From: Octopus sinensis
Taxonomy: Eukaryota
Length of the DNA: 64,000 bases
NCBI RefSeq assembly: GCF_006345805.1
Contig: NC_042999.1
Coordinates: 62,992,001 to 63,056,000, forward strand
Direction: 5' to 3'
The number at the start of each line of letters is the position of its first letter. Position 1 is the first letter of the stretch. The notes under the pieces are model-generated. The model was not told the DNA's origin. It saw nothing but the letters and a program-made list of their open reading frames with translations, and ran no database searches. The position numbers were made by a program, and so were the translations under genes. Shown here in pieces: positions 25,172 through 36,750 of this stretch.

Positions 25172-25459
25172 CAGTGGGTCTCAACCTTTTTTTTCTCTAT
25201 TTTTTTGCCTGTGGACCTCCTTCGTTTCATTTTTCAATCGGATGGATCGCCGTAACCATTTGATGTTTAAAAATTCTATTATATGTTTAGAATTTAATAT
25301 TATTAGAAGGAAGTTGTTTTACACCTATTACACTACTTTTTGCTTTTGTGCCCGGATCAAACGCTTTAGTTTAACCCCAATTTTATTCCGCATAAATTTT
25401 AAAAACAAAATCTTACATGGACCTCCAAGGGCTATATGGACTCCGTTTGAGAACCACTG
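25172..25459. mobile_element. hAT MITE, same family as 47669-47996
   Basis: Termini cagtgggtctcaacc and gtttgagaaccactg; internal similarity to the 47.7-kb copy. TSD not preserved. Confidence 0.7.
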
Positions 25460-25688
25460 CACACGGTCTTTTGACTTGCTAGAAACAAAAGTCAAATGTC
25501 TTTCAATTAGGAATTATGGATACATTGGATATTCTGATCCAGATAGCACAGAAGGTAGTTGATGAAAGAATCGTTAGAATCTTTCGGTTTTTCTTATGGC
25601 TCTTTACTTTCTGTGTTAAATTCTGCCTGGGTCAACTTGGTCTTTCGTCCTTCCTGGGTCAATAAAAAAAGTATTAATACCAATCAAG

Positions 25689-26324
25689 GGATCTTTACCT
25701 TTTGACCGACAGATTTAAAAAAATAATTTTTTGTAACTAATTACTTTCAAACTTCGGACACTGGTAGAATGTGTCATATAAAACTTAGCATTTTTGAGGA
25801 AAACTTATATTTATGAAGTTATTTCACGTTAAAGTTGTCCTATTTCGGTAATTTCAACCAATCAATGACGTATTCAGCTGAATAAAATTACTGCTGTTTG
25901 TCAATAAGAACTTCCGGCAGTGTATGTTTCGTTTGTCACTGTTATTTATGACAACCCTAACCCTAAAACCTTAACCCTGACTCTAAAACCCTACACTAAC
26001 CCTAAAACCCAAACCCTAACACCTTAAAACTAGTACAAACACACGAACGACGTCGTAAATAACAGTGACAAACGAAAAATACACCTCCGATAGTTGTTGA
26101 CAAACAACAGCAGTAATTTTATTCAGCTAAATACACATTGATTGGTTGAAATTACTGAAATAGGACAACTTTAACATGAAGTAACTTCGTAAATATAAGT
26201 TTTTCTCAAAAATGCTAAGAGTAAAAGATGTTTTATAAGACACATTCTACCAGTGTCCGAAGTTTGAACGTGTTTAGTAACAAACAATTATTTTTTAAAT
26301 CTGTAGGTCAAAAGGTAAAGATCC
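25689..26324. mobile_element. Foldback MITE with about 260-bp TIRs and degenerate (CCCTAA)n spacer
   Basis: ggatctttacc... and ...ggtaaagatcc arms are colinear inverted copies; 8-bp TSD (c/t)aatcaag at 25681-25688 and 26325-26332. Confidence 0.85.
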
Positions 26325-26874
26325 TAATCAAGTCTTGGGACCAATTTCTTCGACTCCAAATCAGGAGCTGGGGCCCTTAAATCTTCAAGTTCGTTCTGGC
26401 ACCTCCTGCCACAACACTGATACCAAGATGTATCAATTCTTCATTTGAATGACATTGGTGGTATGGAGAAAAGAGATTTGATGCATGGGTCACTGCTGGT
26501 CTTTCATACAATCTTGGCATGGACCACACCCCAGAATGGTACATTATTGATGCTTTACCGTGCTCCTGCAACACAAACTGAAGCAAGACTGTCCAGGTGC
26601 AGAACCATGTGCTCATGAAACTTACAATTATGAAGAAGAAAAAAAGAGTGGAGGTGCTCAGCCAGGGCTGACCTGGGGCTAAATAATAACAGCAACATTT
26701 ACGGTACACACCAACGGAGGAGCCTCTACACTGTCAGGACACCAGCTAGAAACAGTAGTCAAATGGTCCATAAATTACACTCTGCTATCTTAAAAGGGAA
26801 GGGTGCATCAGGTAATCTAGTTCGAGATATAGCATGCTAGTCAAGACAAAAATGGCGGGACAGTCACATCTCTT

Positions 26875-27097
26875 TTACTCTTTTTACATGTTTCAGTCAT
26901 TTGACTGTGGCCATGTAGGAGTACCGCCTTTAGTCGAGCAAATTGACCCCAGGGATTATTCTTTGTAAGCCTAATACTTATTCTATCGGTCTCTTTTGCC
27001 TAAGTTACTGGGACGTAAACACACCAGCATCGGTTGTCAAGCGATGTTGGAGGACAAACACAGACACACAAACGTATACACACACACACACACATAC

Positions 27098-27150
<53 letters not shown>

Positions 27151-27325
27151 ATATATACATACATATATACGACGGGCTTCTTTCAGTTTCCGTCTACCAA
27201 ATCTACTCACAAGGCTTTGGTCAGCCCGAGGTTATAGTAGAAGACACTTACCCAAAGTGCCACGCAGTAGGACTGAACCCAGGACCATGTGGTTGGTAAG
27301 CAAGCTACTTACCACGCAGCCACTT
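26875..27325 (-). mobile_element. Family-A SINE
   Basis: Full-length reverse match to 129-509. Confidence 0.9.
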
Positions 27326-28029
27326 CTACATCTGGAAAACTTATGGTCATAATTCTACAGCACTTCAAGGTTTATCTTGGTCTAGACAAAATATTCACAG
27401 CATTCATGGTTAAGAAAGCAAAGCGATACACAAACACACTTAGAGTGCCATGCGTTCTCTTGAGTCACATCTTCACTTCAGTCAGACGAGATGCTGAAAA
27501 GAAAAACAAGAAAAAAAAAGGGACATTAATAGGTTCAGCTCTTTCAAATATTTCAAATGCCATAAGTTGAAAGAATGCAATTTGCCTGCACTTGGCGATA
27601 TTTCTACAGTGTACTTTATTCAGCCGCAGACTTAGTAGCCCCTAGCTATACTGAAGCATTTTGGATATGTGAGTGAGAGAAAAACATTACTTTCTTTAGA
27701 GTCTGGTATAAGGTATCCTCCACTGGTCCAAGAACAAAGAATAAACCTATTGGGCTTCTTCATACCATCTACAGACAATCCCGCTCTGGTTCTGAGGGAT
27801 GTGTGTGTGTATAATGAATAACTTCCTAGATTCCAAGGCAGGATTTGAAACCAAATCTACACTGTTCTGCAAATTCCTTTCCTATTGTTCTCGGTTTTTA
27901 TACTTACAAATTTATGAGAGTCAACTGTCACACTTGGGTTCTATTGTTTAAGTGAATATTTTTCAGTTAAATACTGTTCAAGAGAGATAAACTCGTTATG
28001 TGTGTGTGTGTGTGTAACTAATTGGACTT

Positions 28030-29160
28030 TGGGTATATGTCTATTAGTATAACGATCAAAGCACATTCACCATTTGGACTGCTTGATGTCATCCATGGCT
28101 ACTCTATAATTTTCACTGGATCTACGTCTGGAAATTTGCAATGTTTGTTAAGTTTATAATTGATGAAGGAAACGGAAGAAAGATTTAGTATGAGTCTTTA
28201 TTCAGCATGACTATCGTTTCTACCCATTCTGCATCTGTCCCATAGGTGTAGGATATTGTGCATCTAGTTGTGTCGCATCAATCAGTGCAGGCTGTGTCTC
28301 TTCAGGTGCTTAGATGTAAAAAAAGCACCCATCCTGCATCTGTCCCCTATTGGGGGGGGGGGGGGCAAATGCAAGATGGGTGGAACCGATTGTTGTGCTG
28401 AATAAAGATGCATACTAAATCCATTCTCCATTTCCTTCATCAATTTTATATATGTACTAGATGTACCCATTGGGTCACAATCACTCCAAGTTGAAAATGT
28501 TGATGTGCAGCTGGAAAGGAAAATCTACTATGTCAAGCTTCATGCAATAAAATTCTTAAATAACACAGTTCTCCTGCCCTTGGTGTGACAATATAAACGC
28601 GATCAAGTGTTACTTCTTTGAAAACGTTTAAATGGCCTTCAGCATTTTTCCTCGTCTTCTTCTTTGCCATTTTTTGCTGCTACTGTTAGCGTAAAGCAAT
28701 GTTTTTGCAAAGTCATCATTGATGCACAATGAAAAGAATTCTGTCAATGTTGTTCTTATACGTCATTCAATGACAGCCGTATGTATCCTCATTGTTTCTG
28801 AGCAATATTCTTTGTTCATCTGGTAGATGAACTTGCAGTCTTACTATTACAGGTGCTCTTTCATGAAAGGAAAATCCTAAAATGGATGCAACTGCTTCGG
28901 ATGGTCCAATATGCCTACCCATTTGATATTAAGTAATTTCGTTATCATTCTTTATTTGAACAGCAGCTTGGCCATTTCCTTTCAGTGTGTACTTGATGAC
29001 GTACTTAATTGACCTCACTGTTGCAACGATTTCAACGTTGCTGTGGCATTTGAATGCTGTTAAAAGAGTTTCATTATAAGGTACAACCCATTTATTGTTT
29101 GTTTTTCCGTTCTTATGAGATTCAATTTCTCTCATTGCAACTGATCTTCGTCTATAAAGA
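28030..29160 (-). pseudogene. Decayed Helitron Rep/helicase fragment
   Basis: NKWVVPYNETLLTAFKCHSNVEI...SIKYVIKYTLKG, then GRHIGPSEAVASILGFSFHERAPVIVRLQVHLP and DRVYIVTPRAGELCYLRILL; these are Helitron RepHel motifs. Confidence 0.9.
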
Positions 29161-29959
29161 GATAGTCTCTCTGTCTGCTTTTCTGCCTTTTGATTAAGAT
29201 GATAAAGATTAATATTTTATTTAAAATTATAGTAATTTTCCCCTTTAAGAAAAAAACAAACAAGTACCCATGATTAAAAAAATATCTCATAAAAATATAG
29301 GGAGAATTTCTCTTTCAGTCCAATGACTAAGGGAAGAAAAAAGAAAATAAGAAAAGGACAGATGGTTCTAGCTTTTTGAAGTGTTGACATTTTCAACTTG
29401 GAGGAAATAACTATTTTATCTGTAATCTTTATCATCTTAATCAAATGGCAGGTAAACAGACAGAAAAAAATGAAGGCCGACATGGTACAGTGAACATGTT
29501 TAGTTACAAGTGCCTTGAATGTAAGTAAACATGTTCACTCAACCATGTCGGCCTTCATTTTGGGTGCAAAATATACTACTACATGACACTAACACACAGG
29601 GAAGCATTCATTCTCCACAAACACTTTACAGAAAATATTCAAAGCATTGTTTAGTACTACCACACGACTTGATCAGTCGACCATGTCAACTTTAACTTAC
29701 ACTAAACATTGTCACTTGATACTAACACACTGAGTAAAACTTTACCTATCATCATCATCATCATCATTTAATGTCTGCTTTCCGTGCTGGCATGGGTTAG
29801 ATGGTTTGACTGGAACTCATAAGCCAGAGAGCGGCACCAAGTACCAGTTTGATTTGGCATGGTTTCTACTACTGGATGCCCTTCCTAACGCGAATGACTC
29901 CGAGATTGTAATGAATCCTTTTTACATGACACCCGTAACGGCCATGACTAAAAGCCGAT

Positions 29960-30497
29960 TTATAGTAGCTTACCTTTCGACATATTTTAGAACATGGTTG
30001 AGTCCATAAAATAGGATTTGACTACACCTCCATTTAGAGCACAGTTTAAGCTATCTTTTCATGGAAGAAGGTTTATGTTCCTATAACTTGTGTTAATTTT
30101 GTAACCCTATAAAATGGAAGATAAGAAAGTTCATTTTCGGCACTTGATGCTTTGGAAACCAGACAAAAATTGCTGCAGCTCAGCTGGGATGTGTTACCCC
30201 ACCCTCCATATTCACCAGATATTGCTTCTTCGGATTTCCACTTATTCAGGTCTCTGCAGAATAGTCTTAATGGTAAAAATTTAAATTCCTTGGATGATGT
30301 AAAAAGATACCTTGATGAATTATTTGCCATGAAACCCCCTCAATTCTAGGAAGAGGGTATTTTCAAGTTAAAGGAAAGATGGAAACGCATTGTGCAACAA
30401 AATGGTTCATATTTGGTTGATTAAAAATGTAATGGCAAGTATTTATTGGCTTTTTTCTTTCCTTTAAAAATTTGTATGAACTTTTCGGACAACCCAA
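29960..30497 (+). mobile_element. Internally deleted mariner (mellifera-like), left TIR missing
   Basis: MEDKKVHFRHLML joined directly to ETRQKLLQLSWDVLPHPPYSPDIASSDFHLF; right TIR followed by TA at 30498-30499. Confidence 0.9.
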
Positions 30498-30789
30498 TAT
30501 TTTCTCACTCAAAATGTAAAGTGATGTCATCAAATACAAGGAAGCAGTTTGACATGTTTTTACTGATTCTGTTGTCCATCAATTCTGTCTCTCATCTGCT
30601 TAGTGTCTCAGAAAACAAAGATACACACAAGAGAACCTTACATTTTGGATCAGCTACACAGACATAGCAGGAGTAAATAGGCACCTCTATAATCATTAAA
30701 ATTTGTTTAAATCTGAAATTATACATTCAAATTATTTATTAATAGTTATAAAGTGAATATTTAATATTTAGTAGAAATGACTTTTGCCT

Positions 30790-31420
30790 ATTTCAATACA
30801 AGGACCCTACTGGGCATGTTACTGATCGAATGAATATTCTTTTGCGGAATTTCTTGCCAAGTTTCATGCAATAATCTCAAAAGATCTGGCTTTGAAGATG
30901 CTCTCTCCTTTTTATGAAGTGCCCTATCCATTTATGTCCCAGAAGTGTTCAATAAGGTTCACATCTGGTCACTGGCTTGGCCATGGAAGCTTTTTAATGC
31001 CATTCTCATCCAACAAATCTTGGGTCATTTTAGCTATATGACAAGGAGCCCCATCTTTCATAAATAAAGAGTCTTCTTTAATCAAATATGCTGTGATTAA
31101 TTTTGCTTTTCATCCTTCCAGACGAGATCAATATAGTTGATTTAACTAAAATTATCACTGATCCGAATTGAGAGTAACCTGAGAATCTAGATGCCTACAT
31201 CAGCATTGAAAAAAATCCTGCGAAAAGGTATCAGAAACAAACCAAAACCAAAATGGTTATACAAAAGCAATAGCAGGAGAACACAGTTTATAGTAATGGT
31301 TTACTTATTGTCCATTAATCTCAAACATTTTGTCGTCTCAATACGAACTCCCAGATATTTGTGTTTTTATCTGGGATCACTTTTTCTTTTTCTTTTCTCA
31401 ATGGTTTTCTTCTGCAAGAT
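30790..31420 (-). pseudogene. Decayed Tc1 (DD34E) transposase
   Basis: MKDGAPCHIAKMTQDLLDENGIKKLPWPSQ*PDVNLIEHFWD at about 30930-31060. Confidence 0.85.
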
Positions 31421-31559
31421 CGAATTATTCCACATAATCCCAAGATAGGTGGTATTTGTTTACATTAGTATTATCACCACTTCAGTGAAGGCGTGTGGCT
31501 TAGCAGTTAGGATATTCACCTCACAATTGTAAGGTGGTGAGTTTGATTTCTACAAATGC

Positions 31560-32900
31560 CCAGATATTTGTGTTTTGAAACTTTTCAATGTGGTACCTAT
31601 TGTCGCCTCACCTTTTCATAATTTTTATGAACTGGATTGACATGGATAGCTGTTGTGGAAGTGGTATCACAATCAGTCGGTGTCTTCTTTCTTCTTCTTC
31701 CAATCAGGATTCACGCCATTAGCCACAAAGAATAATCTCTAATTCGAGCCTACTCTAAACTACTAAGAATGTGTGTGGCAACTTGAAGATCCACCCACCA
31801 CACACGATAGACTGGCAGTTGCACGGGCGCGAAAGCTACGTTGTTATCTTCATTCCATAAATGGTGGCTTTTAATGGGTGGAGAGCTGAACCATCCTGGG
31901 GTACAGAGTATTGGCAATCTCACCTAGGGTCTGAAAGTTTACCACACCATAGTGGGTTACACCATGGTTCCTCTGCTTTGTGGCAGAAGTAGGAAGAAAG
32001 AGTGAGAGAAAGTTGTGGTGAAAGAGTACAGTGGGGTGTCCCCTCCACCCCAGGCCAGAGTCTCGTGGAGCTTAGGTGTTTTTGCTCAATAAACACTCAC
32101 AATGCCTGGTCTGGGAATCAAAACCACATTCTTACAACCGCGAGTCCACTGCCCTAACCACTGGGCCATTGCGCCTCCACATCAGTCGGTGTTGGCTCGG
32201 TTGGCTGATATTTTCAGACAATATGGTGCTAGAAGGTTCATCTGAAGGAGATTTCCTGTATACACTGAATATATTTGCTGCTGAGTGCTGCAAGGCAGGG
32301 CTGAGAATTGGTGTTGCAAAGATTGAAACATTGGTCCTCTTAAGAAAGTCTTTCCAGTCCACTCTGCATGCTAGTGAAACATCACTGAGACAAATGAAAT
32401 TAAAGCAACTCCGGGCTGAATTGCTGGCATGGCAATGTGCCAGTTCCCGTATTCGATCTTCTGATAAGAAAGCCAAACTTGTTATCCACAATTCGGTCTT
32501 TGTTCCCAACCTCAACTATAGTCATGAATGTTGATTAATAATTGAAAGGGTGCAATTATGAATACAAGTGGTCGAAATGAAGTTCCTCTGAAAGATCTCC
32601 GGAGTAACATTACTTGATAAGATGCATGCATGTCTTGGAGATGAGGGACTCTCCCCTGGTTGAGCCACTACTTCTCTGTATTGAGAGGTTACAGGAAAAA
32701 GTCACAAGATAGATTCTTCAAGCCGAACCAACTGGCAGGAAGTTTTGGAATAGACGAAGACCAAGATGGTTGGATAATGTCCTTAGTCTCAGAGGTCACA
32801 CTTGGGAATCCAGCCGGTAAGTCTAATGTCAGATGCTTCTGATAAGACCCAATGGAGGAGATGCCAGAGGACTCCACCCCAACAACCTTCCCAGGAGTAT
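31560..32900 (+). pseudogene. RTE-clade (Rex3/Expander-like) LINE RT relic, split by a SINE
   Basis: LSPHLFIIFMNWID before the insert and WLIFSDNMVLEGSSE (FADD-like) after it, then FVPNLNYSHEC and RRPRWLDNV. Confidence 0.8.
31684..32180 (-). mobile_element. Family-C-headed SINE with an alternative tail ending in (GAA)n
   Basis: 12-bp TSD atcagtcggtgt at 31672-31683 and 32181-32192. Confidence 0.85.
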
Positions 32901-35699
32901 TTGATGGTGGAGATAGATGAATGGATAGATGGAGTATATTGTCAGAAGTATGACTTTAAACTGTATCCAGTAGTGAAGCCCTAATTTAAGAGTTCCAAGG
33001 AATTTAGGACTGTAGAACCACTTCTTCACCTCTATTCTTCCCAGGTCTTCTCTGAAATGGAGTGGTATTATCTGTTAGGCTCCCAGCTATGGTTTAATTA
33101 GCATATCACGGGATTGTCTTTAAAAGAAGGTCACTCACAGAACCCTGCTGACGAACCTAGGGAAGATGAGGACCTTCAGCTCTTTAATTGATCGTCTAAG
33201 AAAAGCTAACTCCATATAAATCCTGCATCCTGATAATTAATGGCCTCAAGGTACTTGTTGCACCAAAGAGATCTATAGTGTTATTAGTATGTATGTCAAC
33301 GAGTAAATCTGCTATCTAATAAAATTTGAAATGTTCCACATCAAATCATGTGACAAGTCAGAACACCATGCGACCCTCTTGTCTCCTCTGTCTCGCCCCA
33401 CTTCTGTTCTTCACCCTGCTCCCCAATTTTGGAAGTGACATCTCCTGCTCGCTTTCTCTCTTTGCTACCAGGTTTTCACGTTTTTAGTTGAATTCACTTT
33501 TGTCTGGGTTGTTCAGTCAATATGACAGCCCCAGAGTTTAGTACCTCAGGCAATGGCCTAATTTATCTAGAACGCAACTGACCATTAATGTTATCTAGAA
33601 CACTCTGGTCATTAATATGTTAACCACGCTAGATTTCCTGTTTTGTACCTCTATACTAATATAAGACATCCTTAACAGAATATTGTACAACAGTGAGTAT
33701 TGGACAAAATACCTTTCATTTTTTATTTATAACTTTCTACGGTCCTGCGTTCAAGTTCAAAGAAGGCTGAGATTGACTTCAACTTTTGTCCTCATGTTCA
33801 TAAAATATCGAGAAAAAAAATCAAGTACGGGAGTAAATCGAAATGAATATAACACTCCCTGTGAATATGTTGCCTTGTCCCAATGTCAAAAAGTATCTTT
33901 TATATATTCAAAAATATAAAATATAAAATAAAAACAAATATTACTTAAAATATCTCCATTAAAAGTATATCGCTCAGTCCCCCGTTGATTAACAATTAAA
34001 TACTAATCTGGTATATTCATACATTAACTTGTTCCCTTTTTACAAAAATTTCCCGATTCAGAAGATGGTCACACGGGTTAATGTCAAGACGCAACGAAAA
34101 TTTTAGGAAAATAAAAATAATAAGTGGAAATTTTACCGGTGAGTGTGTTACATTATAAGGCACAAAAAGAAAATGACTCTCCCCAGACACAACAGAATAT
34201 GCTTCAACACACGAACTCATATAAAGAATCTTGCAAACCAAATCCAAAAACGAAATGTTGTACAAAGTTAAATGCAAATTTGTTATTTAGGGACATCACT
34301 CTACCATTAGTTTTGCTAGAGTTATCGCCCATAAAATATTACTATCTATTAAGAGTTTTCAATTAACGTTCCCAAAATAGTTTTGATTAATAAACAACGT
34401 TCGAAGACAAAATTATGCTGCATACCAGATAACTCACAAAATCCACTTCCTGTTTCTGCTACCCGCCCACTTAAACGATGACATTGTGATAATTCACCAC
34501 ATTACTGACTTGAAACATCAGCATGTTTAATCCATTTTCCAATTGCTATGTTGTTTAATGCCGTAACAAATATGATCAGTTTACCGCAATTAAACAAAGT
34601 TTTATATATTCAAAAATATAAAATAAAAACAAATTTTAGTGATTTTGTTTAGAAAAGACACATTTTTTAAAAATCTAAATCTTTCATGACAGAATCGTAA
34701 GAGCGTCGGATAAAATGCTTTGCGAGTTCAAATCTCGCAGAAGTCAATTTTGCATTTCATCCTTAAAGTGTCGCTGAAATAAAGTAATAGGCAAGTACTG
34801 GGATTGCTTTAATTGACTAAATCTCTTCTCAAAAATTCTAGCTTTAACATTCAAAAATTTTTAAAGTGTAACTCAGCTATAAAGAAGTTTTCCAGAACAT
34901 TCTGTAGAGCATCTCAGTCTGTGTTACGAACATCCAAACTGGTTTTATGCGACTCATAGCTAACTAATATACCCCAATGTGGACGCACAGTACCCACGTA
35001 AATAAAATGAATGTGACTGATGTTCGTTACTATTAAATCGACATCTTTGTCCTGGCTGGAGATGCAATGGCCCAGTGGTTAGGGCAGCGGACTCGCAGTT
35101 GGAGGATCGCGGTTTCAATTCCCAGACCGGGCGTTGTGTGTGTTTATTGAGCGGAAGCACCTTAAAGTCCCACGAGGATCTAGCAGCGGGTGGTGGTGAC
35201 TCCTGTTGTACTCTTTCGCTGCAACTTTCTCTCACTTCCTGTTTCTTGAGTAACACTGCAATGGACTGGTGTCCCGTCCAGCTGGGGGGAACACATATGC
35301 CTCAAAAACCGGGAAACCAGGCCCATGAGCCTGGCTAGGCTTGAAAAGGCGACGTTTATCGGTTTTTTTTTTTTTTGTTCTGGCTACCAATAATAAGTAT
35401 GATTGCTCCACCTCTCTTCTACAGAGAAATAACCACTCAAAAGCAATACCACCGTATCAGAAAAATAATTATTGTCACACATTAAAAACAAATAACCAAC
35501 ACAACACTCATCGTCTCAAAATTAAATCAACATATTTGTACAAATTTGTAAAAGAAAACTTTGACATTAACAAAGCCAGAAGAGATGAACAAAAGATGAC
35601 TCCAGAGGTTTGCCTGATTTCCATTCAATACGGAAGTAATGAATTGTAGGTAATGGTGTAGTTGTGACAGGCATAGATGTGACTGTGTTATAGGAAATA

Positions 35700-36090
35700 G
35701 TGTGGATGTGTGCTTAATAAGTTTGCTTCCAAACCATGTTGTTTGGGGTTCACTCCCACTGTACCACACTTTAACCCTTTCATTACTGTATTTACTTTGA
35801 GATGCTCTGCGTTTCTTTCAGTTAATTTTAAATATAACAAAGAATTTAGTAAAATAACTTAGTTATCATTAAGCTAGAGTTAGGAACATAAATTGTGACT
35901 ATGGTTTGGTGAAAGATTTTAATTCAAAACTTATGAAAACAAAACATTTGTACTCAGAGCCAAAGCCGGTTTCAGCCAAGTTGATATCAAAAGGGTTAAG
36001 CAAGTGTCTTCTACTATAATCCCAGGGACAACCAAAGCTTTTGAGTGGATTTGGTTGACAGCTACTGAAAGAAGCTTGTCATGTAGTGAA
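35700..36090 (+). mobile_element. Family-A SINE carrying a nested piggyBac-type MITE (35775-35995)
   Basis: TTAA duplicated at 35771-35774 and 35996-35999; the SINE sequence resumes with gcaagtgtcttc. Confidence 0.8.
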
Positions 36091-36708
36091 GCATGATTTT
36101 CAAATGCTAGGCCTCATGGAGGCAATGACTAGCAACTGAGACATTTAGTGATATGTTGTGCTTGCAAAGACCCATCAAGCCAAATGAAATCATAATTGTG
36201 GCCACTGTCAGTGTCATATAACAGGCACCTGTGCCAGTGGCATGTAAAAAGCACCTTCCAAGAGGTGGGCCTTACAGAGGCAATATCACCAATGCTGGTG
36301 TCGCGGACTAGCAACCGTACTGGTGGCACATAAAAAGCACCTCTCAAGCGCTGGACCTCATGGAGGTAATGACAAATGACTGAGACCTTTGGCAACATAC
36401 TGTGCTTAGAAGGAAGATCCATCAAGCCAAGTGCAATCATAGTCATCACTCAACTGGCATCTGAGATGGTGGCATGTAAAAGCTCCCATTACACTCTGAG
36501 TGTTCGGCATTAGGAAGGACATCCAGCTGTAGAAACCATGCCAAATCAGACTGGAATCTAGCACCGCCCATCAGCTTACCAGCCTGGTCAAATGGTCCAA
36601 CCTATGCCAGCATGGACAACAGATGTTAAATGATGATGATAATGATGATGGTGATGGTGGTGGTGGTGGTGATGATGATATATGTGTGTGTGTGTGTGTG
36701 TGTGTTTG

Positions 36709-36750
<42 letters not shown>

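Noticed and set aside
28221-28382. About 20-bp hairpin and direct repeat inside the Helitron relic
   Set aside because: Looks like a small decayed palindromic MITE; ends and TSD could not be defined.
33279-33680. Possible solo LTR (tgtta...taaca)
   Set aside because: No matching TSD and no second copy in the window.
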